From Methanomicrobiales archaeon (GTDB taxonomy: Archaea; Halobacteriota; Methanomicrobia; Methanomicrobiales; Methanospirillaceae): a DNA stretch of 64,000 nucleotides. Under the pieces are notes generated by a model. It searched no databases. It was not told the DNA's origin and worked only from the letters and a program-made list of their open reading frames with translations. Made by a program: the position numbers and the translations under genes. The stretch's first letter is position 1. Each line of letters begins with the position of its first letter. This document shows positions 9,765-20,417 of the stretch, piece by piece. The DNA is taken from positions 32,001 through 96,000 of the forward strand of contig JBAXJR010000001.1 in assembly GCA_037137755.1 (NCBI GenBank), given 5' to 3'.

Positions 9765-10277
9765 TTACTTCTTAACGGTTGTATTATTGATGGCTGTCTT
9801 GACGTCAGCCGTCAGGTTTGCAACGGTTTTGTTGATGGCGGTCTTGGCATCTGCGGTCAGGTTGGCCACGGGGGTCTTGTTTGTCAGGTTTGCAACGGTC
9901 TTGTTGATGGCTGCCTTGGCATCTGTGGCCAGGCTGTCCCCTGAAGTCCCTGATGCTGCAGGTTTGCACTCACCACGGTAGAGTGCCCATTCCTCACAGG
10001 TGGAACCGTTCGGGAAGGTGCACATGCCATATTCATTTCCTGCTGCGTCTTTCTTGATCTCGGTCTTACCACCGACCTGTCCACAGTACACTGAAGCCGG
10101 GTTTGCAAGTCCGGTGCTCCCACCGGTGGTCGGGACCGCAACAATAGTAGTCGGTACAGGTGTTGCTACCGTGGTTGCAGGCGTTGTTACAGGCTGGTTC
10201 GACGTGCATCCGGCTGTCATCATGACAACCGCAATAACGAGGACCAGTAAAATTGAAGATGTTTTCATCCAGCTCAT
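9765..10277 (-). CDS. DUF333-domain lipoprotein with C-terminal 15-aa repeats
   Basis: Signal peptide with lipobox TAGC, Thr/Pro linker, DUF333 signature ANPASVYC..GG...C.FPNG..CEEWALYRGEC. Confidence 0.85.
   Translation of the reverse strand: MSWMKTSSILLVLVIAVVMMTAGCTSNQPVTTPATTVATPVPTTIVAVPTTGGSTGLANPASVYCGQVGGKTEIKKDAAGNEYGMCTFPNGSTCEEWALYRGECKPAASGTSGDSLATDAKAAINKTVANLTNKTPVANLTADAKTAINKTVANLTADVKTAINNTTVKK
9786..9930 (-). repeat. Intragenic degenerate ~45-bp tandem repeat (3 copies plus a partial)
   Basis: Encodes (A/T)D(A/V)K(A/T)AIN(K/N)TVANLT units. Plus strand repeats TTGATGGC..TCTTG.C.TC.GC.GTCAGGTT.GC.ACGG. Confidence 0.8.
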
Positions 10278-10732
10278 TAATATTTCTCCGGCACATACGT
10301 GGGCGGGAAAGTTATTTATGCGCTACGGTTTTAAACGGGGAATAATTAATTCAATTGTCAATCCGATGAATTAATACCTTTATTTACTTTTGTTGAAGGT
10401 TGTTGTCATTTGGTAAACAGACCGCATTGTTTATCTTTTTTTCATCTATTGACCGTGCAGGAACTTAAAAAAGACAGAATAATAAAAAAATATCCCTGGT
10501 GCTGGAATGGGAAGGCCCAACGTTCCCACCCGAATGAAGTACTCTGCCTGCAAGTCAGCACACCTGTCACCGCACAATTCGTCAGGTAATCTTGGGTAAT
10601 GGATAGTGAATGACCGGGTTATTAGTGAATTATCGTAAATCTGCTTGACAGCTGTAAAGTAAATGGCGTTTAAGGAATGTGGTACCCTCAGGGGAAGAGA
10701 TTTATTAGGGATGAATACATAAGCCTCACATT

Positions 10733-11101
10733 ATGAAAGAAAAAATACGAATGGCTGCAGAAATTGGAATACTCCTGGTTGCACTGGCCTTCATTGCCAC
10801 ACCGGCTCTCGCGGCAAACATGAACCTTGCCGGGGGTTCAGATATCAGGGTGTCCGGCTGGAACACACAGTCCTACAGGTCATTCTCAACGGTTATCCCG
10901 ATATCCGCGCAGGTATATACGAATTCACAACCCGCATATCTTTATGGCAAGTATTCGAACCTGAACAGTTATCTGAGTGCTGGTCCACTGATTGTAAATA
11001 ACAATGCGATTTCAATTCCGTCAATGGGAACCAGCAATAATAACTGGGACTCGCTCTTTGGTCAGACACCATCATTCTTGTATTCCTGCGGGTGCGGTTA
11101 G
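10733..11101 (+). CDS. Secreted hypothetical protein ending in SCGCG
   Basis: Sec signal peptide (ILLVALAFIATPALA), Asn/Ser/Tyr-rich mature part, T-tract after the stop. Confidence 0.7.
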   Translation: MKEKIRMAAEIGILLVALAFIATPALAANMNLAGGSDIRVSGWNTQSYRSFSTVIPISAQVYTNSQPAYLYGKYSNLNSYLSAGPLIVNNNAISIPSMGTSNNNWDSLFGQTPSFLYSCGCG

Positions 11102-11177
11102 TATTTTTTCATTAGGTTTCCGGTCTTGATCCGGGCACCAAATATTTTTATTCCTGTATTTCATTCAACCTTGTAAT

Positions 11178-12191
11178 ATGAAAGATTTCCATCTTACAGG
11201 GACAGTTTCCCTTGGTTTAATCACATTGTTTCTCCTGCTTCTTCCGGCAGGAGTTGTCGCTCTTGAATCGTTTTCTGGTCAACAGGTTTCGATTAATTCA
11301 CCGGTTGCAGATGACGTGTTTGCGGCCGGAGGAACAATCACCATAAATGCACCGATAGACAGCCTTGTTGCAGCCGGGGGTACTATAACTCTCAATGCCC
11401 CGGTAAAGGGTGATGTAATCGCTGCCGGGGGACGGATCATCGCAAACAATACCATCGGTGGCAAACTGGTGGCTGCCGGGGGTACTGTTGATGTTAACGG
11501 TGACGTGGGGACAAATGCTGTCATAACTGGTGGAAAGGTAACGATAAATCCGCGATCCACGATTGGAAGGGATGCAGAGATCTCGGGTGGCACTATCACC
11601 AACTCCGGCCACATAATGGGAAACCTCTCTGTGCAGTCACGGAATTTTTATGATTCCGGTACCGTGGGTGGGAAAAGCAGCTATGTTCAGACCGGGCAGC
11701 AGAGTTTTGCTGAAATTTTCACGGTTCTTGGTATCCTGTTTTCAATTGGCTGGCTGATACTCGGGCTCGTTCTCCTGAAGGTTGCACCGGTACGGTACCG
11801 TATCGTGGAGGAGGAGGTCACGAAATCACCGGTGGTAAAACTGGTTGTGGGATTTGTTGGTCTGGTAGTTGCTGGGATCGCGCTTGTTATCCTTGCAATA
11901 ACAGTCGTTGGTCTTCCGATAGCGATTGTCTCCGGGCTCCTCGTAGTTATTGGAGTCATTTTTTCAGTTCTGTTTGTTTCGTCTGCTGTTGGCAGGTTGC
12001 TATTCCGCTGGTTAAAGGTAGACATTCAGGACTGGCATGCATTTGTAATGGGATTTGTAGTACTAAGTATACTCTTCCGTGTCCCGGTTGCGGGCATCAT
12101 TCTCCTCATCGTTACGGTCTGCCTTGGGTTGGGTGCATTGCTCTATACCATACATGATCATTGGAAGTATATCACCGGGACAGCCGGCTGA
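11178..12191 (+). CDS. Membrane protein with extracellular beta-solenoid (bactofilin-like) repeats and C-terminal TM helices
   Basis: Signal peptide, repeated DV.AAGG.I.IN..V.G units, then ~5 TM segments. Confidence 0.8.
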   Translation: MKDFHLTGTVSLGLITLFLLLLPAGVVALESFSGQQVSINSPVADDVFAAGGTITINAPIDSLVAAGGTITLNAPVKGDVIAAGGRIIANNTIGGKLVAAGGTVDVNGDVGTNAVITGGKVTINPRSTIGRDAEISGGTITNSGHIMGNLSVQSRNFYDSGTVGGKSSYVQTGQQSFAEIFTVLGILFSIGWLILGLVLLKVAPVRYRIVEEEVTKSPVVKLVVGFVGLVVAGIALVILAITVVGLPIAIVSGLLVVIGVIFSVLFVSSAVGRLLFRWLKVDIQDWHAFVMGFVVLSILFRVPVAGIILLIVTVCLGLGALLYTIHDHWKYITGTAG

Positions 12192-12430
12192 TTCCAGCTC
12201 GTATGTAAAGGGCCAGGACGACCCTGAATACTATTTTTCTTTTCCTCAAAAAATCTTTATGACTGGGTCGGTTGTTACCTAAGTTGCGACTCTTTTTTCC
12301 TGTTCATGGAATCAATAGCGGGACCGTTGAGATACAACAGGGAAGAAACATCAGGGAACATTACCTGCCGGTTTATCGATATGCAAAAATCGAAAGCTAT
12401 ATGCTCATACATTCAAAAATAACCCTTCCT

Positions 12431-13930
12431 ATGTGTGCTCATTTTCTCGGATCACTTTTCAGGCAAAAGCCTCATATTGTCGAGAGTCCGCCGCCTCCCG
12501 TGATCGCACACGGTGCCGGCATGCAGGTGCCGGAATTTAAGCAAAAACCCTATTTCATCGTTGCCTCGGTGGAGATGGGGAACACAACGACAAAATGCAT
12601 TCTTACTGGTGTAAACCTGGATACCGGTATGTCGTATGTAATAAACAAAACCGTGAAGATGAGCAGGGATGTACGGAAACCGAAACCGGGAGAAGAAATA
12701 TTCGGTGAGACCCTTGACGGGACACAGCTCACCAGGGAATCTGTTACCGAACTTGTCCGGGAAACTCTTCTCCAGAGTCACCGGGAAGTGCACCTTGATA
12801 TTCAAAATGACCTGGATTTTGTTGTCAGGAGTACCGGGGTTGTCGCCGCAATGGATTCCCCGGACCAGGTCGGTGTATTTGTAATCGCACTTGCAAACGG
12901 ATGTCTTTCAGCCGGTGTCCCGCCCAGGAAGATGACGCCACCCATGTCAAAGGCGAACCAGTCAGAAAAACTACAGCCTTACAGCTTTGCCGATAAAGTA
13001 GTCTTTGTCGGGGCTGTTGCAGGGGTGGTTCCCCCGGTTGGTAGTACCGGTGTTGAGATGGTGGCGAATGAAATGGAGGGAGAACTTGCCATGGCCGGTA
13101 TCAAGGAGGGCGCCAAATGGACTCCTGTTGATTTTCGAAACCCCTGCATCTCGATTGACTTTGGCACCACGCTTGACGGCCGGATTACCAGTGATGTTGC
13201 ACCTGATGACCCGAATCCGTTTGCAAAAACAATCGGGAACTTCTGCGGTCTTGCAGGTGCAGTCCCGGATGCCATTATCCGTGGGACCGGGCTTGTAGAC
13301 GGACGTACTGGCACAGCGCTCGACGTATTCGGAGACCAGAGCATCCTGGGAGGTTTTTCCCTCCGATCGAAACGGAATGAAGTTGAGGAATTCGTGGAGC
13401 GCAGCCATAAAATAATTGATATCCGGATTGTACCACCTGAACGAAGAAGGTTTGGACGTGTACCGGTATACGCTGATATCGCCAAGGCGTCGGGAGTTGC
13501 AATGATTGGGTGCGATGCCGGTGAGGAAGCGAGCGGTTTAGATGAGCTGAAAAAGATCGGGGCTGAAATACACGAGAATTATAACCTCGGGTTCCTGAAC
13601 GTGGTCATCGACCAGGTATGTGCGAAGATGGCCCTCCGCCTGATTGATGTTGCCATTGATGAACACCTTGTCTTCCCGAATAGTTCGATTGGATTTACCG
13701 GGCGGGCTGCGATATCAGGCAGGAAACCAGAGTACATCCTCGAAGGAATTACCGAGAGAAAGCTGTTCGATGACCCGAACGACCATCTTGTATTTGTGGA
13801 TGATGGCCTCGCACGGGGTGCAGCTCTCATGGGACGGTGCATGAACTCACTTGGTAAACCGAAACAACCGATTGGCGGAGTCCGTGGTGGACCATGTATT
13901 ATGAGCAGACGTATTAAGGCAGGAAAATAA
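12431..13930 (+). CDS. Methanogenesis marker protein 14 (DUF2114, ASKHA-type ATPase fold)
   Basis: ASVEMGNTTTKCIL, NEMEGEL..AGIKEG, SIDFGTTL, VDDGLARGAALMGRCMNSLG. Start moved to the ATG at 12431. Confidence 0.9.
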   Translation: MCAHFLGSLFRQKPHIVESPPPPVIAHGAGMQVPEFKQKPYFIVASVEMGNTTTKCILTGVNLDTGMSYVINKTVKMSRDVRKPKPGEEIFGETLDGTQLTRESVTELVRETLLQSHREVHLDIQNDLDFVVRSTGVVAAMDSPDQVGVFVIALANGCLSAGVPPRKMTPPMSKANQSEKLQPYSFADKVVFVGAVAGVVPPVGSTGVEMVANEMEGELAMAGIKEGAKWTPVDFRNPCISIDFGTTLDGRITSDVAPDDPNPFAKTIGNFCGLAGAVPDAIIRGTGLVDGRTGTALDVFGDQSILGGFSLRSKRNEVEEFVERSHKIIDIRIVPPERRRFGRVPVYADIAKASGVAMIGCDAGEEASGLDELKKIGAEIHENYNLGFLNVVIDQVCAKMALRLIDVAIDEHLVFPNSSIGFTGRAAISGRKPEYILEGITERKLFDDPNDHLVFVDDGLARGAALMGRCMNSLGKPKQPIGGVRGGPCIMSRRIKAGK

Positions 13931-13953
13931 ACAGGTTCTGGAGTGAGGGACGA

Positions 13954-14259
13954 ATGGCGCAGGATGATCCATCGGTTGCACCCGTTAAAGGGGCTGAAAG
14001 AAAAAATGAAGGGGATAAAGGGTCGGAAATCGGAGAACTTTTTGATCTTGTCATACCTCCCGGAACACCACAGAGTGTAATTTCCGATGTCAACAGGAAA
14101 TTTGATGTTGAAATCGTTGAGAGGAAGGAGAGGCTGCATTTTGCGAATATGGATGGGGATGAGCGGATCCTCCTGGCATTCAGGGGAAAACTCGAAGTTA
14201 TGAAAGAACTTGAACCCTATTTTTATGCGAAAGTTAAAGAATTTATTGACAGGGTATAA
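13954..14259 (+). CDS. Conserved hypothetical protein, probably co-transcribed with marker 14
   Basis: 23 nt downstream of marker 14 with a GGAGTGAGG SD. LFDLVIPPGTP motif. Confidence 0.75.
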   Translation: MAQDDPSVAPVKGAERKNEGDKGSEIGELFDLVIPPGTPQSVISDVNRKFDVEIVERKERLHFANMDGDERILLAFRGKLEVMKELEPYFYAKVKEFIDRV

Positions 14260-14271
14260 TCACTAACCTTT

Positions 14272-14310
14272 TTCCGGTACACCTGTTACCGGGAAGTTAA
14301 TTTTCTTTCG
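14272..14310 (+). terminator. Hairpin followed by T-rich tract
   Basis: TTCCGGTA-cacctgt-TACCGGGA stem then TTTTCTTT just after the stop at 14259. Confidence 0.4.
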
Positions 14311-14505
14311 AATTATTTCATATGTTAACAGGGCCGCGCTCTCTAAAAATTATTTGAATATGCGGCACTGTTGAATCCCTGCATGAATCCAGATATTAGT
14401 ATATTCTGAAAGGTCTTTTCATTGTTCAGGGATTGACTTCCCGGTATGAATGTTTCAATAAAAAACCGAAAAAAGGGATATCCGTTACGATATTGCGGAC
14501 AGCTG

Positions 14506-15489
14506 TTAGAAAAATTCCTGTGCAGCATACCAGGTATCAGTCGCCTGGTCATACGCTACACCAACACCGATGACGGTGAAGTTCTGATCATTGGAATCAA
14601 TAATATTGGCACGGTGGCCCGGGCTATTCATCCATGCATCGACAATGAACCTTGCCAGTTCATCCGGTGTCCCGGGGTAATTGCTGAGCATGGCGATATT
14701 TTCACCGACCCCTACGCGGACATAGGTGCCGAAATCCTTTTCCACGTGGTAGCCGTGCCGTACCGCCCTGTCAGCTGGTGTCTCACCATCAGGGTTTATA
14801 TGGTCAAAAAAACCTCTCGCGGCCATATCGACACAGTCGTCGCGACCGATCACTGCAAGTTGATCGTCCCATTGTAAAGCGGGTTTTCCCGCATTTGCCC
14901 GCTCAATATTTGTATAGTACAAAATTCGCTGCTCGACCTGGTGCGTGATGTCATTAACGATAATTGTTGATGGGACAGGTTTTTCCGGCGCAACCGGCAG
15001 TAATGTTGGCAGAGGTAGAACGATTGAAGGGGGTTTTAGGAACGTTACAGGTTTCAACACAGACGGTTTTGATTGGTAGACCGGAAATTTTTGTGTTTTT
15101 GTCTTGTTTAGACGTACCGGAACCTTTCCTGATATGCCTGATACATACGTGTCTGCGGGGATTACCGATGTCCCTGATGAAGGGATTGAAATTGATGCCC
15201 CGGAAGTTGATGCCGGGATCAGAACCAGGTTTTTGGACGGGATTAGTGTTGGTTTGGGCTGAATATTTGCTGTACTGAGTGGTTTGGTGATACCATTGGG
15301 AAAATACTGCAGGCCAAAATAACCCTCAACATAAACCAGTGCATTGGGTGCCAGGGCAGTATCAGGGCCCAGTGTGTGTGTATTATCGTAAGCCTGCCAC
15401 GGAACGGCTGACGCAGCCATTACAAACAATCCTGCAAAAAGGAGAAAAATAACCGCTGTCATCCGGGCTAGGGAATTGTGGGCTGCCAT
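14506..15489 (-). CDS. Secreted CAP/SCP-domain protein
   Basis: Signal peptide, Pro/Thr/Ser-rich linker, TNIERA..G..L.WD, FFDHINPDG, GENIA, WMNSPGHRANI, AAQEF. Confidence 0.92.
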   Translation of the reverse strand: MAAHNSLARMTAVIFLLFAGLFVMAASAVPWQAYDNTHTLGPDTALAPNALVYVEGYFGLQYFPNGITKPLSTANIQPKPTLIPSKNLVLIPASTSGASISIPSSGTSVIPADTYVSGISGKVPVRLNKTKTQKFPVYQSKPSVLKPVTFLKPPSIVLPLPTLLPVAPEKPVPSTIIVNDITHQVEQRILYYTNIERANAGKPALQWDDQLAVIGRDDCVDMAARGFFDHINPDGETPADRAVRHGYHVEKDFGTYVRVGVGENIAMLSNYPGTPDELARFIVDAWMNSPGHRANIIDSNDQNFTVIGVGVAYDQATDTWYAAQEFF

Positions 15490-15723
15490 TTTGTACTAGG
15501 AAATGTATCCGGACGATCTGATATACTCTTTCCGGTGAATGTGGTGGGAATAGCAATGTCCGGTATATTTCATAGCGCTGGAAACGGGAGAAAAATCCGG
15601 TTCCGGGATACAAGGTGCATTTGTACAACTATATGCCCCTGATGATGCTTCACCTCAAAGGAAATAGTTAAATGAATTCCAATCATTTTTATTATGATCG
15701 CTATCTGAATCACGAGGGATTCA

Positions 15724-16926
15724 ATGAAGAGGAATATTAAAATCGAAGGACTACGTCAAATCCCTCTCGAACAGCAGGAAATCGAACTGGTCGAGAGAAA
15801 ATGCATTGGTCACCCTGACAGTATGGCTGACGGCATTGCTGAATCCATCAGCCGTGCCCTTTGTCGGGCATATTTTGAAGAATGCGGGGCAATCCTGCAC
15901 CACAATACCGACCAGGGAGAGATAGTCGCAGGCGAGTCTATCCCTCGCTTCGGAGGGGGAAAAGTCACAAAACCCATCTATATTTTACTGGATGGAAGAG
16001 CCACGAAACATTTCAATGGCATAGATATTGCGACCGATTCGATTGCCGTTGAAGCGGCCAGGAATTACCTACGGGAGAACCTTACCAACCTAAACCTTGA
16101 ACGGGACGTAATCGTCGACTGTAAACTCGGTACTGGTTCGACTGACCTCCGGGATGTCTTCCGGCCATGCGACAACAAAGTGCCCCGGGCGAACGACACC
16201 TCGTTCGGTGTCGGTCATGCGCCGTTCTCTGAGACAGAAACAATCGTAATGGAGTCAAGCGAGTATATCGATACTATCCTGAGGCCAGAATTCCCCGCAA
16301 TCGGGCAGGATATAAAAATTATGGGGCTCCGCGATGATAACGATATTACGCTTACCGTTGCCTGTGCCATCGTTGACCGCTATTGTTCAGGCATGAAGGA
16401 ATACATCGAGTATAAAGAGATCCTGAAGACGAGGCTTGAAAATCTTGCGAAAAAGCACACCGGCAGGAAGGTCAGCGTACATATCAATACCGCTGACGAC
16501 ATTGACAATGGATCGGTCTTCCTCACTGTTACCGGTACTTCGGCAGAGATGGGTGATGATGGGTCTGTCGGCCGTGGTAACCGCTGCAACGGGCTTATCA
16601 CCCCGAACCGCCCGATGAGCATGGAGGCCACGAGCGGCAAGAACCCGATCAACCATATCGGTAAGATCTACAATATTCTCTCGACACAGCTAGCAAGGGA
16701 GTGCGTCGCGAAGGTCGATGGTATCGAAGAGATTTATATCCGTCTTCTGTCGCAGATTGGAATGCCGATTGATCAACCGCTGGTTGCGAGCGTCCAGGTA
16801 TTGCCAAAGCCTGGCTTCGAACTGAAAGCTATTACCCGCGATATTGATGCAATTGTGAATGACGGCCTTGCAAATGTCACCTGTGTTACCGATAAAGTCA
16901 TCAAAGGGGAGATCAGGACCTTCTGA
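15724..16926 (+). CDS. mat: Archaeal S-adenosylmethionine synthetase
   Basis: [58 protein letters not shown]. Confidence 0.97.
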   Translation: MKRNIKIEGLRQIPLEQQEIELVERKCIGHPDSMADGIAESISRALCRAYFEECGAILHHNTDQGEIVAGESIPRFGGGKVTKPIYILLDGRATKHFNGIDIATDSIAVEAARNYLRENLTNLNLERDVIVDCKLGTGSTDLRDVFRPCDNKVPRANDTSFGVGHAPFSETETIVMESSEYIDTILRPEFPAIGQDIKIMGLRDDNDITLTVACAIVDRYCSGMKEYIEYKEILKTRLENLAKKHTGRKVSVHINTADDIDNGSVFLTVTGTSAEMGDDGSVGRGNRCNGLITPNRPMSMEATSGKNPINHIGKIYNILSTQLARECVAKVDGIEEIYIRLLSQIGMPIDQPLVASVQVLPKPGFELKAITRDIDAIVNDGLANVTCVTDKVIKGEIRTF

Positions 16927-16940
16927 TCAAAACACCGAAG

Positions 16941-17852
16941 ATGTGCAATACCACCACCATTGAAGGGAGACCTGCCGGAGATGACCTCCCCTATGTCGTA
17001 CGGCTTGCAATCCCCAATAAAGGCCGGATATCCATCCCGATTCTTGAGCTCATGGAGAAATCCGGTCTCCACCTTCTTGATGCAGGCGAAAGGCGCCTGA
17101 TTTCACGGACTCCTGACCCCCACATCGAGGTGCTGTTCGCCAGGCCGATCGATATCCCTGAATATGTCGCTACAGGTGCTGCCGATATGGGGATTACCGG
17201 GCATGATATGGTGGCTGAACGGGGTGCCGGCGTGGATGAACTCCTCGACCTCCAGTTCGGCCGTGCAACGCTTGTCCTCGCTGTGCAGGAAGATTCTCCA
17301 GCCAGGTCAGTCAACGATCTCAGGGATGCAAAGATCGCGACGGAATTCCCGGTCATTGCCCAGTCTTATTTTGCACAACATGACATCCCTGTGCAGATTG
17401 TCCAGGTTGGCGGAGCCTGCGAGGCGACACCCTATCTCGGTATCGCAGATGCAATTATCGACCTCTCAAGTTCTGGGGACACGCTCCGGTCGAACCGGTT
17501 GCGGATCATCTCCGAAGTGATGAAGACGACCACAGTGGTGATTGCAAACCGTGATGCACGGTCAGCGAAATCAGAGAAGATTGAAGAGATCGTGCTTGCC
17601 CTCGAAAGCGTGATCCGTGCCCGCGGGCAATGCTACCTGATGATGAATGTCCGGCGTGCATGTCTTTCGGATGTAAAGCGTGTCCTCCCCGGGTTGTCAG
17701 GGCCGACCGTGATGGAAGTTGCAGCCAGCGAAGACCTTGTTGCCGTGCATGCGGTGGTTAGCGAGGACCGCGTCTACCGCCTGATCAACCTGCTGAAACG
17801 TGCAGGGGCCCGTGACATCCTGGTGATGTCAATTGAACGGATGATCCGCTGA
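16941..17852 (+). CDS. hisG: ATP phosphoribosyltransferase (long form)
   Basis: [34 protein letters not shown]-terminal LPGLSGPTV regulatory domain. Confidence 0.96.
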   Translation: MCNTTTIEGRPAGDDLPYVVRLAIPNKGRISIPILELMEKSGLHLLDAGERRLISRTPDPHIEVLFARPIDIPEYVATGAADMGITGHDMVAERGAGVDELLDLQFGRATLVLAVQEDSPARSVNDLRDAKIATEFPVIAQSYFAQHDIPVQIVQVGGACEATPYLGIADAIIDLSSSGDTLRSNRLRIISEVMKTTTVVIANRDARSAKSEKIEEIVLALESVIRARGQCYLMMNVRRACLSDVKRVLPGLSGPTVMEVAASEDLVAVHAVVSEDRVYRLINLLKRAGARDILVMSIERMIR

Positions 17853-17857
17853 CTGGC

Positions 17858-18568
17858 ATGAAAGTATTTCCTGCTGTTGACATCCTTGACGGGCGGTGCG
17901 CACAGCTGGTCCAGGGCCGAAGGGAGACCGCCACGTTTTTTGGTGAGCCCGGTACCTGTGCAAAGAGGTGGCTCTCCGAGGGAGCTGATTCCCTGCATGT
18001 AATCAACCTCGACGGCGCCTTTGGCAATGCCGGCAGGAATGTAAACCTCATCCGTGAACTTGTCAATGAGACCGGGGTCACCATCCAGCTTGGCGGGGGT
18101 ATCCGTTCCGTTGATGATGCAGCCGGTTGGCTCGAAGCCGGCGTAGAACGGGTAATACTTGGTACCGTGGCAATAAAAACACCGGAAATTATCCGCCACC
18201 TCGCGGACGAGTTTGGTAGTTCACGGATAATGGCCGGTGTGGACGCACGGGGCGGAGAGATTGCCATAGAAGGGTGGCAGGAGACTGCAGGTGACTACCT
18301 CGAGTGGGCAGAACGTTTTGAGGCCCTTGGTTCAGGGTCCCTCCTGTATACGAATGTGGATGTGGAAGGGCTCCAGGGAGGTGTGAATTTTCCCCCAGTA
18401 CAGACACTTCTGGACCGGGTACGAATTCCTGTCACCTATGCCGGGGGCATCTCGAGCACAGAGGATATTAATGGTCTCGCTCAGATTGGTGTATATGGTG
18501 CGGTACTCGGGTCATCGCTCTACAGTGGCAGGATCCGGCTCCGCGATGCACTGGAGGCAGCACAATGA
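17858..18568 (+). CDS. hisA: ProFAR isomerase
   Basis: [40 protein letters not shown]. Confidence 0.96.
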   Translation: MKVFPAVDILDGRCAQLVQGRRETATFFGEPGTCAKRWLSEGADSLHVINLDGAFGNAGRNVNLIRELVNETGVTIQLGGGIRSVDDAAGWLEAGVERVILGTVAIKTPEIIRHLADEFGSSRIMAGVDARGGEIAIEGWQETAGDYLEWAERFEALGSGSLLYTNVDVEGLQGGVNFPPVQTLLDRVRIPVTYAGGISSTEDINGLAQIGVYGAVLGSSLYSGRIRLRDALEAAQ

Positions 18569-19146
18569 GGAGGACTGAACAGAAGAGGACCACGAACGAG
18601 ACAGATGTCCAAATTGTCTTTGATCCGGACGGCGTACAGGCCTGTTCCGTAGATACGGGAATACCGTTTTTTGACCATATGCTTACTGCTCTCGGCCGTC
18701 ATGGAAGAATTGGATTGACGGTAATCGCGAAAGGAGACCTCGAGGTCGACACTCATCATACGATCGAGGATATCGGCATTGTTCTCGGAGATGCTATACG
18801 AATATCAACAGGCGATGGACGCGGGATACGAAGGTTCTCCCATGCAATTGTGCCTATGGATGAGTCCCGGGCTACGGTAGTGCTCGATTGCGGGGGACGG
18901 GGCTACCTGCTCTTCGAAGGGAAGTTCACCGGAAAGAGTATTGGGGGGATTGATGCCGACATATTCGAGCATTTCTTTTACAGCCTGTGTACCCGTGCCG
19001 GTATCACCGCCCATGTCCTGTTCATGGGTCGGAATGACCACCATAAATGCGAAGCGGTGTTCAAGGCTTTTGGAATTGCCCTTGGTGACGCTCTTTCACA
19101 CCGTGACCATGATGACCAGGTGCCAAGTACAAAAGGGACGTTCTGA
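18565..19146 (+). CDS. hisB: Imidazoleglycerol-phosphate dehydratase
   Basis: [41 protein letters not shown]. Confidence 0.97.
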   Translation: MRRTEQKRTTNETDVQIVFDPDGVQACSVDTGIPFFDHMLTALGRHGRIGLTVIAKGDLEVDTHHTIEDIGIVLGDAIRISTGDGRGIRRFSHAIVPMDESRATVVLDCGGRGYLLFEGKFTGKSIGGIDADIFEHFFYSLCTRAGITAHVLFMGRNDHHKCEAVFKAFGIALGDALSHRDHDDQVPSTKGTF

Positions 19147-19270
19147 TATAACCTGAATATAAGTCCCGGGATAACTGTACGTCCCGATGTTTAAAATAAA
19201 ACAGTTGCCACCTTGATCGGATTTATTCCCGGATTAACCGGATATTTTACTGATTAGAGAAAGGGGGAAT

Positions 19271-19477
19271 TTATGCTGACTTTGCAGCCAGCTCTACATC
19301 CTCTTCCTTGATCGTCTTCCGTCCCGCGTGGAGCGCGAGCCTGTTTGCCTCTTTGGTCAGGTGTGCAATGTATGCCTCTGCCTTAGCAACAAGTGCAGCA
19401 GCTGCGTCGCTGCCCACTCTCTCTGCTCCATTTTTCTTTGCAATCCTTACAACTGCAGCAATAGGTAAATCTGCCAT
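19271..19477 (-). CDS. Archaeal histone (HMf family)
   Basis: LPIA...RI.K..GAERV..DA...HAGRKTIKEEDVELA histone fold. TTTAAATA TATA-like box upstream (~19509-19518) and GAGGT SD. Confidence 0.95.
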   Translation of the reverse strand: MADLPIAAVVRIAKKNGAERVGSDAAAALVAKAEAYIAHLTKEANRLALHAGRKTIKEEDVELAAKSA

Positions 19478-19667
19478 TGTATTACCTCAAACAAAAATGT
19501 ATTAGCAAATATTTAAACGTTTCGTGAATCTTGTCCAATTATTTGCAGATTATGCTATCCGGGGCATCTTTGCGGGGAATGTATCTATCCCATGGCATAT
19601 CGTGATGATCTCTATTAAAACGCTCAAATATCAGGTTATTACCTGAATAAGAGACAAAAAAACGACT

Positions 19668-20417
19668 TTAAGATTTAGAGAGAGAATCTGCAAGCATTAT
19701 CGCATTGCGGTAATCTGGAGATGCGCGCGAGGTATCCACAAAAATTCTATCGATATTTATCACAGGTGCACCATGACCGTGACCGGCACCAAGGAAGGTG
19801 AGTGTCCGGAACATCAGGTTTCCTGTAATCCCGTCAGGGGCGATAATAACTCCTGCTTCTGAAATTGCGTCTTCTACGAGGATTTCGTAATGGGTTTCGC
19901 CGGTGATCCGTGCGACAAGCTCAGCATCCGCCATACTCCGGTCGACCCTTCGGTTCCGGCCCAGATCGCCGAGCCTGCCCCCGGAGAGGATTGCCACCCG
20001 TGCAGGAAGGCCGAATTTTCCTGCAATCTCCCTGCCTTTCTGTACAAAGGCCACTTTCTCCGCAACCGACCATCCCTCATCCACCCCTACCGGGGCAAGC
20101 AGGAATTTCTTCCCGCCTGCAGTCTCAAGGAGGGCAATACGTTCGAGGTGATCGACGCCTGCGGCCTGCTTGAGTGCACGAAGGGTCGCATTTGCAGGCA
20201 GTGTACCACGAATTGCAGCCCTGATTGTCCCCTTCATGAGGTCGGTAACCAGGTCCTGTTCCGGACATGGTGAGATATGATGGGTGATTGTCCCTGTTCC
20301 AGAACCGACGACACCAGATTTACAATAAAGGGTAACCTGATCGCTGATCCCGGATTTAATAACGCTGGATATAACTTTTTCCCAATCTTCCCCGATACCG
20401 ATACCAATCTTATTCAT
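19668..20417 (-). CDS. mtxX: Methanogenesis marker protein 4 / MtxX
   Basis: AAIRGTL, FLLAPVGVDEG, LSGGRLGDLGR, EILVEDA, IAPDGITGNLMFR, FVDTSR. Confidence 0.9.
   Translation of the reverse strand: MNKIGIGIGEDWEKVISSVIKSGISDQVTLYCKSGVVGSGTGTITHHISPCPEQDLVTDLMKGTIRAAIRGTLPANATLRALKQAAGVDHLERIALLETAGGKKFLLAPVGVDEGWSVAEKVAFVQKGREIAGKFGLPARVAILSGGRLGDLGRNRRVDRSMADAELVARITGETHYEILVEDAISEAGVIIAPDGITGNLMFRTLTFLGAGHGHGAPVINIDRIFVDTSRASPDYRNAIMLADSLSKS

Noticed and set aside
9661-9981. Plus-strand ORF with repeated hydrophobic ATVLLMAVLASAVRL units
   Set aside because: Antisense shadow of the tandem repeats in the DUF333 lipoprotein gene.
12272-12430. N-terminal extension of marker 14 in the ORF track
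   Set aside because: TTG-initiated extension runs through the likely promoter region. Protein-like sequence begins at ATG 12431.
15640-15710. TGATGA...CTGA upstream of mat as a C/D box sRNA or SAM-sensing RNA
   Set aside because: No convincing D'/C' boxes or guide spacing, and no SAM riboswitch core. The region reads as an AT-rich promoter.
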